A stretch of DNA of 64,000 nt. It comes from Rhina ancylostomus. Its lineage: Eukaryota. How positions within the stretch are numbered: position 1 is the first letter of the stretch; every line of letters starts with the position of its first letter. Under the pieces are notes generated by a model. It made no database searches and was not told where the DNA came from. It saw only the letters and a list, made by a program, of their open reading frames with translations. Of this stretch, positions 44,348-55,989 are shown one piece after another. The DNA lies in contig JARFYF010000017.1 of assembly GCA_030265395.1 (NCBI GenBank), forward strand, positions 22,767,566-22,831,565, written 5' to 3'. The position numbers and the translations under genes were made by a program.

Positions 44348-46271
44348 GTGGGTACTTGCAAGCTGTTATTCTAGACATCCCCTAGTACTACCTATTCAGT
44401 GCTTTGAAGTGTCTGCTATAGGCAGTCCATGACTTGATGTACAAAGTGCAAGGATTACTGCTGCTGTGAACTTTATGCCAGATTTGAGGGCTTGAGTCGC
44501 AAGGATTCTTATATTGAATGTACAAAGTAGAAGCAGGAGTGGGCTATTCAGCAGCTTGCACCTGCTCCACTGTTCAATTTGATAGCTATGCAGTGCTACT
44601 AACTCAATCTTCCTTGATATGCAATCTGTCTTGAATACAGGTGCTCCCTGGGTTACGAATATTGATTGTTCATGTGTCTGAGCTCCTGTAAATATAACTA
44701 AATTCAAAGGAGAACCTATCTTTTGGGGGGGGGGGGGGGAGGAGGTGGTTATGTTTACCTGTCACCTCCCTGCAGTAGTAAGACACTGGCTGCCAGTTTC
44801 ACTGCGGGAAACTGACGAGCAATCGCTTCTATTGATCCATGTGCAATGATATTCTTGAACAACGTAACATCCATGATACTTCAAGCCCATCAAAACCAAC
44901 TGTTGAGTGTGAGACATCCTGATTCTGTACCATTTTAACTAGGCAGGGAAAGGCAATAAATAAGTATTCACATTAATTGACCCTCACCAACACCATTCAT
45001 TACAATATTGTGGAGTATACTTGTATCGATTATTTTTGTGTATTTCCTGACTTGTGGACAAAGTAGTCTATGGATGTCTGTAAAAATGGAAAATGCTCAT
45101 AACTTGGGGGCAGTCTGTACTCAGCAACTCTATAAACTCTCCTGGTAGAGAATTCCAAATAGTTTCTTCTCATCTTAGTCCTGAAAGGTGCACTGAATGA
45201 AATGGTTAATTCCACAATTCACATCTGCTTTCCAAGGTCTTGAGAATTTTTTTTGATGGGGATTGCTCTTGTAGAATGGAACAGTTTGGCAGAGGACCTT
45301 TGTTTTGCACATGTCGGGTGCAATATCTTAAGCTATGGTGACTAAGCTGATGATGAGTTAGAATTTGGCCTCTGAATGTGTATATTGTTTGTCTCCCATA
45401 TCTTTGATTTATTTTTTTGTACTGAATTCTATTCTAGAGCAGAGTTGATACAAATTGAACAGTTTCTCATTTGTGCTGACCAGTTCCATGTTAGCATGAA
45501 GCCTGTTGAGTTGAGGTGTAGTATGGATCCAAGGACGGTCGAAACTTCTGGGTGATACAGTGATAGCGGAGAGGTATGATGGGTTAGGGAAGGGACCCTA
45601 CAAGGACGACAGCCAGTCAGTGAGGTGATGACAGTCTTCACTCCTTTGGCACGTTGGTTGTCTGGTTTTTCTAGGGTCACGTATCTACCTCAAGTCTAGC
45701 ATAATCTGTTTTCTCTTTTTCTGTTTGACTCTCCCCCTGCATTACCTTATCTGTTGCTGAAACCCTTGTGTGGCTTTTGTCCATTCTACTGTCTCATATT
45801 GCCCTCCTACATTGTTCACTCCATAAACTTGAGAGCATCTAAAATGTTGACCTAGTTCTAAGTAGCACCAAGTCCTTCTCCAGATATTAGTTTAGAGGAA
45901 ATTTTGGCTTATTTAGTACTAAGTGTCAGTGAAACATTGTGCCAGTTTTGAAAAAGCTATTATTTCAGGGATGTAATGGGGTATGGCACTAAATATTGCC
46001 ATTGTTCAAATTTTGAGGTGATACTTAAGGACAGCGTATAGGTGTGAAATCGGGGAACCTTGGAGTTCTGTGCAGGATTGGTGAATGGAATGATAGCCAG
46101 GAAATTACTTGAACCAGTGTGTAAAAATAGGGCCAGTTGAATGTGGTTCTACCTGGCTGGGAGGTGTTAGAAATTTAAGAGAATGTAGTCAGCAATACCA
46201 AAGGCTGCAGAAAGGACAGGGAGAAGAAAAGCAGTGAATTTACTATTTTCCTGGTCACTGGGTCATGTATT

Positions 46272-46357
46272 TGCGCAGTTAGATGATGACAATTTCTCCG
46301 GAATCTCTGTATTTGAATGATGAATACAGTTGAACCCTTTCTGCTGATAACTGTGCA
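46272..46357 (+). ncRNA. SNORD68: C/D box snoRNA, SNORD68 (HBII-202) paralog A, RPL13 intron 2
   Basis: Box C ATGATGA 46283-46289, guide TCTCCGGAATC, C' TGATGA, GAACCCTTT, box D CTGA 46344-46347. 10-bp terminal stem TGCGCAGTTA/TAACTGTGCA with one G-U. Confidence 0.9.
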
Positions 46358-46504
46358 CTGCCCCAGGTGTTTTTATTTAAATTCTCTTAACAAAATAAGG
46401 TAGTTTGAAATTTGTATTTCTTATAATTTTGTTACTACAATGAACTCTAACCTTGTGTCTCTCTGGGGGGGGGTGGAGGGAGGAGGAGAAGGAAGGAATG
46501 CCTC

Positions 46505-47290
46505 TAGTTTATTGTCCAAATTCACAAGTACATGTATGCACAGGTTTAATGAAAAACTTAATTGCAGTAGCATTCTCAAAAAATCTTTTTTTTTACAAGG
46601 AACACAATTAGAACAAAAACAAAGTCAATTTTACTGCAAAGTGACCATAGTGTTGCTTTACTGAGGTAGTGATTAGGATTGTGCTGGTTGGTTCAAGAAC
46701 CAAGTGGTTGAAGGGAAGTGGCTGTTCTCAAAACTGGTGGTCAGTGATGTCAGGATGGTAGCAGCAAGAAGATGGCCTGGCTCAGATGGTGGGGATCTTT
46801 GGATGTAGTCTTCTTGAGGTAGTGCGTCCCTTAGATACCATTGGTGGGGAGGGACATGCCTGTGATGTATTGGGTTGAGTCCAAAGCTGCTTGCATTCCT
46901 GTGCATTGGAATTACAGTACCAGACCATGATGCAACCAGTCTGGATACTTTCAACAGTACATCTGTAGAAGTTTTAGAATATTTGGTGACAAACCAAACC
47001 TTGTCATCAAGTGTAACAGCTACAGAGAAAGTGCAGTGCACTACTCCTTTTTAAAAAAAAGCGCAAAGATGTTGGTGCACTTTCCTTGTGATTGTGTTCC
47101 TTGAACCTGGTGTTGGGCCAGGACAGGACATTTGCTATGTTAATACCTAGGAATTTAAAGCTGGTGACTCCCTCCACCACTGACCCCTTTTATTTCCCCC
47201 CCCCCCCCCCCCAATGTTACTGGTGCATTTTCACCCTCCTTTCTCTTCCTGAGGTCAACAATCAGCTCTTTCGTATTACTGACATTGAGC
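46505..47290 (-). mobile_element. Rex1/L2-like LINE fragment (related subfamily) in RPL13 intron 2
   Basis: Reverse strand resembles the RT 3' region (FKFLGIN, ..FENSHFPSTT.FLNQ). Confidence 0.75.
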
Positions 47291-47506
47291 TAGGTCAGAA
47301 GATGCTACTTTAAAACTAGTGTTTTGATTTAATATAGGTAATGGGTGCTGATTGTAACAGCAAAATAACCACTTTTCAAGCAATTGTTAACCAAGTCACT
47401 TAGCATTGGTGTATAAATCTACTGTTTATTAAAATGACTGGGTTCTCGTTTTGCTTTGAGCAGTCTTAGCTGCATTGTAAAAGAATTTTCTAACATCTGT
47501 TAACAG

Positions 47507-47648
47507 ACGGAAGGCACGGCAAGCTAAAGCACGTCGCATTGCTCCACGCCCAGTTGCTGGCCCCCTTCGACCAGTTGTCAGATGTCCCACTATTAGGTAT
47601 CACACTAAAGTACGTGCTGGACGAGGATTCAGCCTGGAAGAATTAAAG
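47507..47648 (+). CDS. RPL13: RPL13 exon 3 (142 nt)
   Basis: taacag| [47 protein letters not shown] |gtagct. Confidence 0.98.
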
Positions 47649-48026
47649 GTAGCTTTTTTAAACCTATATTGGCATCGGAAGATTGAACTGATCTGAAATA
47701 GCAAGTGAATAAAGGGGGAGGGGATGGATTTCCACTTGGTTTTTGTTGATAGTTATTTGTGTAGAGGGTTCTTGAAGGGGAAACGGTACAGCAGATTCAT
47801 TGAGTTAGTGCATGTAAATAAAAGAATGGACTAATAGAGATCTGAAATTGAATTAATGCAGATGTGTTCATTTGGCTGGAATTCTTTAGAAAATGAGCTG
47901 TCAATTGTGTTCAAATAGTTTTAAGTACCTCCATGATGGGGTCTTTTTCAACTTTTTCTAACTTCACTATTTACATGAGCTTTGCTCTCCATCTTCTAAT
48001 AGAGTAATTTATTTTGGCCATAATAG

Positions 48027-48200
48027 GCAGCAGGCATTAACAGGAGAGTGGCACGTACTATTGGTATTGCAGTTGACTATAGACGCCGCAACAAGTCAAC
48101 TGAGTCTATTCAGTGTAATGTTCAACGTCTGAAGGAATATCGCTCCAAGCTAATCATCTTCCCTAGGAAGGCTTCTGCACCCAAGAAGGGAGATTCTACA
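48027..48200 (+). CDS. RPL13: RPL13 exon 4 (174 nt)
   Basis: taatag| [58 protein letters not shown] |gtaagt. Confidence 0.98.
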
Positions 48201-49295
48201 GTAAGTGTACATATAAAGATTTTTGGAACGTAACTCTGAAGTTCTGGGGAACAGATGAAGTTATTGATTTGTATTTAAAAACTTCCTAGAATAATAAATG
48301 TGTATGGACACTCCAAATGGTGTAGTAATTATAATTTTAGATTTTTAAAACTATTGTATAAATTGTTTTCCTTTTGAAGATGTTGACTTGTTTTGTTTAA
48401 TTCATTCAGTGTTCTGCTCGCACTGTTAGTTGTATCTTTAGGGACTCTGCAAGTTTGGCAGTTTAGCAGCTATGACCCTAGGTTCTGGATATTGTATTGA
48501 ATTGCACATTAATCTCTAAGTTTCTGATGGTTTTGGGTGTCAGTGGTTGAAACTTGCTGCATTTTAAGGTAATGTTCTCTTGCTTGAGTTAATGGGGTAT
48601 TATTTTATTTGCATTATTATTAAGGAAAGCATGATGGACAGGTAAAAGCTTGGATTTCTATATAACTTTGTGACTTCATTCATTTTTGAGGTGCTTAACA
48701 AAATGCCTTACAAATCATACACATTTTAATGTAGTATTTAACTGGTGGTTGAGTTCTTGGATATAGCAGTGTGCAGAAGTTAGTCCCTTGCTTGTAGGTG
48801 ATGAGTGAGATGGGAAAGTTACTGAGTGGTACATTATGAAATAGGTGGCAAAGTTGGAATAGGAAGAAATGAAGCAGTCCTAACTTAGCATGAGATGTGT
48901 ATTAATGGATTAGATAGNNNNNNNNNNAACAGTGGAAACTCGTTTGTAACTACTTATGGATTGAAAAAGGTTATTTAGAGTCAGTGTCAGAAGAGATGGG
49001 CTGGATAAGAGTTTGATTTTTGAAGTATTTAGGGACCTTGATAAAGGAAGATATGATTTCAAACTGTTAGAATTCTTACCTAGAGAAAACCTACTGGAAA
49101 TGTGAAATTATTTCCAAATTATTTACATAAACAGAAAATATCAAGCAGGTGGTTATACCTTTTTAGAAGCATTTATTTGAGTGAAATTAGTTTTGAAGAT
49201 AAAAGAAAATGTACATGCTGATCAGTATCTCGTAAAGAAGCAATATATTCTTTTGGGGCTCTAAGTGCTAGGCCTTGTTTTTAATGTCATTTTAC

Positions 49296-49379
49296 CACAG
49301 TCAAATGATGATATTTTCTCCGGAATCTCTGTACATCTTTGATGAATTTCATTGAACCCTTTTCCATCTGATGACTGTG
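49296..49379 (+). ncRNA. SNORD68: C/D box snoRNA, SNORD68 paralog B, RPL13 intron 4
   Basis: Box C ATGATGA 49305-49311; guides TCTCCGGAATC (antisense to 18S GAUUCCGGAGA) and GAACCCTTTTCCAT (antisense to 28S UGGAGAAGGGUUC); box D CTGA 49368-49371; stem CACAGTCA/TGACTGTG; 81 nt from the 3' splice site. Confidence 0.95.
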
Positions 49380-49452
49380 AAGAGGTGTTGATTGATTTAA
49401 ATTCTTTGCTTTTGTTTATTGGCATTTGTTAATGCAGTTTTCTTTTCCATAG

Positions 49453-49509
49453 GCTGAAGAAATTCAAGTGGCAACTCAGCTAACTGGACCAGTCATGCCA
49501 ATCAAGAAT
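49453..49509 (+). CDS. RPL13: RPL13 exon 5 (57 nt)
   Basis: ttccatag| AEEIQVATQLTGPVMPIKN |gtgagt. Confidence 0.98.
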
Positions 49510-50225
49510 GTGAGTAATTATTTTTTTTAAATGCTCAAGTTTGGACTGATCATTGCCCATGGGTGAGTCTCACCAAGGCCTGAATGGACTGAGGGAGTGC
49601 TCTCAAGATGCTGTCAAGGGTGTATTGCCTTTCCAACTGAGTTTGCTCTCAAGTGGATGTTTCCTTTCTAAATCTAGATTGTAAAGAGGAGGAAGGCTTA
49701 TCTTGATCTTTTTTGTGGGAACTTGTGGGTCTAATTATTTAGATGTAGTTTCCCTCCATTATAATGGTGGCAATATTTAAATATCTTACTGGCTGTGGAC
49801 CTAAGGATGTTCTTGATTGATTTAGCCTATGTTAACAAATGTTATCTATTGTAAAAAAAAATGCACTAATAGTTATAAAACAGTTAATTCTAGTTATTAT
49901 CACTTTAGTGTTTGCTTGTATGAAAGTGCTGAGGTGTCCTGAACATCAGGTGCTCTACCTCTGGGAATTTTGCCTCTACCAGATGGAAGAGGCAAAAGAA
50001 ATCTTTAGTTGAAGCAGAGTATTCAGGGGAAATTGATCTGGCAGGCTTGAACTGGAAGTTGAACAATTAAGCCTGCAATTATTACTGCAATATTCTCAGT
50101 TTGGAGTCTGTGTAAATGTGATTTGGGTACTTTACATTGGCACTTCATTATTCAAGACCTATCCATGTGCTGCTTGTTTTTTTTTTGTTGTATAATTGCA
50201 AACTTGTATGTGCAGTATATTTTAA

Positions 50226-50405
<180 letters not shown>

Positions 50406-50457
50406 AAACACAAAAGAAATGGAACTATTAAATATAAAGCTCAACTTTTTAAATGAA

Positions 50458-50463
50458 AATAAA
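50458..50463 (+). terminator. RPL13 poly(A) signal candidate
   Basis: AATAAA about 52 nt after the stop. A second AATAAA (50401-50406) overlaps the stop codon. Confidence 0.6.
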
Positions 50464-51027
50464 TTGTCATTCTTTGCAAAATGACATTCAACTTTTTTAA
50501 GGATACTTGATTTATGCTGGTCTACATGATGATGGACACATTAAGTTGTGGCTCAGTCCATTTCATTGTAAAAGCATTTCAGTGTTCAAGATTGATTTAA
50601 TAGTTAAAATAATGACTGCTGGTGTCTTCAACGAGTATTACTGGAGTAGGGGGAAACATCGTAAATGTAAACAAAAATTGAAGTACCAGACAAAGCACTT
50701 TGAAGATTCTGTTGACTGGGAAGGAGTATCATTAGTGTCATGCATGGCTTGGAGTTGGCAATTTGGCAATTCTGGTCTCAGTCCTACATGCGCACAAATT
50801 TTGAACTGATATTTGAGCATAGTACAGTTTTTAAATGAGAAGTTGAAAAGAATGTGCTTTAAAGGTTCGGTGAGACCATCATGAGTAAGATCTATACGTG
50901 TTCTCTTGCCCTTCCTCTGAGGGTTGTATTTTTTTTTAATAACTTATCCAATAGCCATTTGAAATATTAGCAATGAACTTACTTCCACCATATACTTGGG
51001 CAGATAGAGTTAGGAGTTGTGCACAGC

Positions 51028-51235
51028 TGGCACAGTGGCTAGTAAAGCTGCTGCCTCAAACACCAGTGACCCAGATTCAATTCTGACCTCTAGTGCTGTC
51101 TGTGTGAAATTTGCAGTGTCAACAAATGAGTTTTCTCTGGATGCTCTGGTATCCCAGACAGGATGCAGGCTGCTGTAAATTGCCCAAACTCTGTAGGCAA
51201 GAAATAGAATCTGAGAGTTGATGGGAATGTGAGAA
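51028..51235 (+). mobile_element. V-SINE copy
   Basis: GGCACAGTGG..AGCTGCTGCCTCA..CCAGTGACCCAGATTCAATTCTGACCT..GCTGTCTGTGTG. Confidence 0.75.
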
Positions 51236-54019
51236 GTGTTTCTGTACTGTTTAACCCCAATGCATTACATTGGCTTCTAAAGAGTACTTTCACTGTCACT
51301 CAACAGGGTTACATATTTCAAAATGCAGCTTCGTCAGTGGGGGGTGGATAAACAGTTAAGAAGCTCCATCTCTTTATGTGGTAATATTGCAGATAAAACA
51401 ACATTCTTTACTGTTTTTTAAAACAGGAAAGCTTTTGAGTAATAAAAGGCCCCAGTGCTACTCAAAAGCATCACTTCACACTGCTAGAATTTTGTCAAAA
51501 AAGTTTATCCTGGCCAGGTTAAGTCTGGAAAATGATAAAGGGAAGAGGTGGTCTGGGCCTCTTGTGAAAAGATGGACCTTGTNNNNNNNNNNNNNNNNNN
51601 NNNNNNNNNNNNNNNNNNNNNNNNNNNNNNNNNNNNNNNNNNNNNNNNNNNNNNNNNNNNNNNNNNNNNNNNNNNNNNNNNNNNNNNNNNNNNNNNNNNN
51701 NNNNNNNNNNNNNNNNNNNNNNNNNNNNNNNNNNNNNNNNNNNNNNNNNNNNNNNNNNNNNNNNNNNNNNNNNNNNNNNNNNNNNNNNNNNNNNNNNNNN
51801 NNNNNNNNNNNNNNNNNNNNNNNNNNNNNNNNNNNNNNNNNNNNNNNNNNNNNNNNNNNNNNNNNNNNNNNNNNNNNNNNNNNNNNNNNNNNNNNNNNNN
51901 NNNNNNNNNNNNNNNNNNNNNNNNNNNNNNNNNNNNNNNNNNNNNNNNNNNNNNNNNNNNNNNNNNNNNNNNNNNNNNNNNNNNNNNNNNNNNNNNNNNN
52001 NNNNNNNNNNNNNNNNNNNNNNNNNNNNNNNNNNNNNNNNNNNNNNNNNNNNNNNNNNNNNNNNNNNNNNNNNNNNNNNNNNNNNNNNNNNNNNNNNNNN
52101 NNNNNNNNNNNNNNNNNNNNNNNNNNNNNNNNNNNNNNNNNNNNNNNNNNNNNNNNNNNNNNNNNNNNNNNNNNNNNNNNNNNNNNNNNNNNNNNNNNNN
52201 NNNNNNNNNNNNNNNNNNNNNNNNNNNNNNNNNNNNNNNNNNNNNNNNNNNNNNNNNNNNNNNNNNNNNNNNNNNNNNNNNNNNNNNNNNNNNNNTGGGG
52301 GCGGCGGATAAAAAGCCCCTGAATGGGAATAGGGCTTCCAATTCATAAAAATAACATACTAATAAACTATTAGAAATTATTTGTCCTACTGACTTCAGCT
52401 AAATACCCATATGAATATACTGTAGTGGTTGTACATTGTAATTGGGTTCCAATGAAATATATGCAATGTTACTCAGAATGTGGAGTAAAGGAAGTAATGG
52501 GATTAATGTAGAATTAATGAAAATGGGTTGATAGTGTGGACTTTGCAGGCTGAAGGGTCCATTTCCATGCTGTATTTGTCTATGACTTGGTCAAGAATTA
52601 GCCGCCTACATACTCCCACCAAGTTTTGTTTATCCATCACTGCTACACTCACTGATCTAAATTATGTTGCTTAACTAGAATCCAAATTTCAAAATTGCCA
52701 TCTATAATTTCAAGTTCAAATCCTGAGATAGCTGTATTTCTCCAATTTTGATGTGAAAGTCAGCCAACACTAAAATCAGACAACAGCAGAACCAAAGAAC
52801 TTGCGATCAATGCTTTATTAGTTTAACACTAGTGGGAAGGATACAGAGAGTAAACAGTCTAACCCAAGCTCTGTATTAGACCCACTCAAAGATTTATACC
52901 TACTTCATGAGAAACCTTCATGGGGAGTTGCACTTACTACGGCAATTGCTTACAACAAGCTTTAGCAAAACAAGATATGTTTTAAAAAAAACTTTCTTAC
53001 CTACATCTGGCCTGACTTCCAGTCATAACTATCATCACCCTGTGGCTGAGGTAACTTCTTACAATGGGAATAGCTGACTATCCCATTGTATAATAGACCA
53101 GCTGCATACTATTAACCTTTGCATTGCTGGTCATTAACCCTTGCACTTGCAGTTATCTTACATTAAACTCCTGTTAGAAGGTAGGAACCAACACAGTTTG
53201 GTCTAATATGAAACAGTGGTATACTCCAGGAGCTGAATAGTCTACCTCTGTAATGACTTAATATACAAGATACAATGGAGGCTTTGGGACACAGGAAAAT
53301 TTCATTTTTCATCATTTTGTAGTTTTGCAATGTGTCAATTGATAAACCATATTAAGACCAGTCTGATTCTCCACCTTGTTATATCTTTGAAGATTTTGTT
53401 TTTTTCTCCTCAAGAAAAAACTAGCTATATATAGCTTTATCTCAGAACTGGATTCAAATCTAACCTAGACTTCAAATTCCCTGCCACAATCATACTGAAA
53501 AATTAATTTGACCTTTAAGTATTTAAGGGAGCAGGGGAAACACTAGTTCCGTTTCTGTGACCTGTTCGTAACCCAGTTTGCAAGTCAGGAATGTGGCCAT
53601 GAACCAAGTTCCCAGGCAACCGAAGATGCCTGAAGCCTGGCATCAGCCAGCAAACTGATTCCACTAGTCTCTCAAATGCTTGATGTACGTAAGTCGTACG
53701 TATGTAAGCTGGGGAGGACCTGCAATTGAATAATTGTTCAAAAGAGACGAGCTCTAAAAGGTATGGTCTATTTCTAGCTTGTTTCATTGTAATCGGGAAA
53801 TGGATCTAAAATCATGCCCATTAATGTAAGGTTTCAAATTGAGAGATGTGATTTTACATGTCACCATTGACTTTAAAACTTGGTAAAGTACAATTTTGCA
53901 TGTCACTGACCAAGGCCCAATATGAATAGTTAGTATCCTCAGAAGTTTGGTGACAGGTTTTAATATTTGCTGGACATTCACAAAAACGTGGTAGAAATTA
54001 TTTTAAAGATGTACATTGT

Positions 54020-54038
54020 CACCACTAGATGGCATTCA
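54020..54038 (+). promoter_or_regulatory. candidate CTCF site
   Basis: CCACTAGATGGCA fits the CTCF core consensus CCACYAGRKGGCR. Confidence 0.55.
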
Positions 54039-55989
54039 AGTTATTGGAAATCGAAGAAAAGTTCTGATTGTAGCTTTAGGGGATTAACCTCTTTCTGAGA
54101 AGTATAAACTTTAACCTCTTTGAAGATGCTGAGGTGACTTTCCATGACTTTCACAACTTATTCTGTTTTTGCCTAAACCAACTTTATACCATAACTTGAT
54201 GAGTAAAATTTGTTTTATTTGCTTATTAGAAATTTCCATATGATGCTACAATAGTAAAGGGATATATAGGGGCATAAATTTTATTTAATTTTCCTTCATT
54301 TTTCTTTTACATTTGTTTTGTAATTAGTTCTATCTCAACTTCTTGCATTTGTTATGAAAGCTTGCCTGAATGGTGTTTTTTGCAGTGAGTTAGAAAATTA
54401 GGGACTGAAACTTTAATTGGATATCCACTATGGAATCTGTATGCTGTATTGGTGGGATTGCCATTAGTTGAATATGAAATTCCTCTGCCTTTTGAAGTGA
54501 ATGACAGACTGCACAGTATATTTTCCCTGCCCTTGGTCAGACCTGCACTACACATATTAGTTGTCACATTAACTCCAGTGACGATGTATTTTGTGTTGTA
54601 TGAATACAAATTTGAATAGCTGTGAATAATTAAAAGCAAAATTAAATATCACATCTTAAAATAACAAATCATGGATAACATTTTTGCATTTAATTTTAAG
54701 ATGCAAATTTGCAAAATATCTACAATATATAAAAATCCAAAATAATATGACTATAGAGAATCAAATTGAGTAAAGAAAGTAGGTTGTACATGGTTGCCTA
54801 TGTGCCTCACTCCCACCAAAACAAACTTGTAACATCACTTTGTGTAACTGTCATTGTGACAATATGGATTCACTAGCTTTATTGCACGTCACCAGCCATC
54901 TAGTTTTCACTGAAGTCATTGTGATAAATACACCAGCCATTATGTACATTTGCTATCCACACAAAGGAATGTAATTTATTGCTTTATGCATGATAATTTA
55001 AAGTTGACTCGTATTCAGCCTAAAATTTTGTCATCAGAAGCTTTACTTGCCAACACTGATCAGTGCAAAAAGCCAGAAATATGCTTTTATTGTATTAAGA
55101 GTAAATTTACATATTGGCCTGGATTTTGAGGTTGTACCAATGCCAATTCTCAGTGTGTGCAAAATATCTACGATCCCTGAGTTTTGAGTTTTTAATGGCA
55201 TACTATGTCATGGTTATTGCTCAGCAAACACTTCAACCTAGTAAGGGCAATTACTGAAAACTTGATTAAATGGCTCAGAGTATAATTGCAATGTGCACTG
55301 AAACTGTTAAAGTAATGCAGTGAAGAGAGCCTATGTTGGTTGCTTCCTGGATAGCGGGAAAGAACATGCAAAGAATGATTCAAGTGCACAGCATAATTCC
55401 CATCCTTTCAGTGCAATTATGCTCAAAACCATGTGGTTTAAGGATTGGTGAAGAAGTGCCAAGTTATCTGAGTAATCACTTTTCACTGAGAGTCACTGCA
55501 GTTCCAGTCATAAGTTCTGTTAATTGCTGCAGTTTGTGGAGACTTAAACAAATCCTATAAATATTCTCTGCATTAGAGTCACACAGGACAGAAACAAGCC
55601 CTTCAGCGTACCATGTTCATTCTGCCCATTGTTCCTACCTGTGTAAATCACTTTTACCCATGTTAGGTCCCTAGCATTGTATGTCTTGGTTTGACTCAGC
55701 TACATGTCAAAATGCTCCTTAAATTTTGTGAGAATATATGTGTCCATTATGCCTTCAGGTGGTATATTCCAGATTCTGACCATCCTCTCTCTGAGGATAT
55801 TCCCCGTCAGGTCCTTTCTAAACTTACCTTGTACCTTAAACCTATGACCTTTCTACTTAGCCACTGTTACCGTGGGGAAAAAAGATTTTTACTATCTTAC
55901 CCTATTTATCCCCCTTAAAACTTTATATACCTGTATTAGGTCGCATTCCCCCCCCCCCACATTGTTTTCTCTTGTCTCATTCCATTCTT

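Noticed and set aside
45349-45376. TGATGA...CTGA as a C/D snoRNA
   Set aside because: Only about 15 nt between boxes and no terminal stem.
48797-48900. GTGATGA...CTGA in RPL13 intron 4 as a third snoRNA
   Set aside because: No terminal box D at a suitable distance, no stem, no recognisable rRNA guide.
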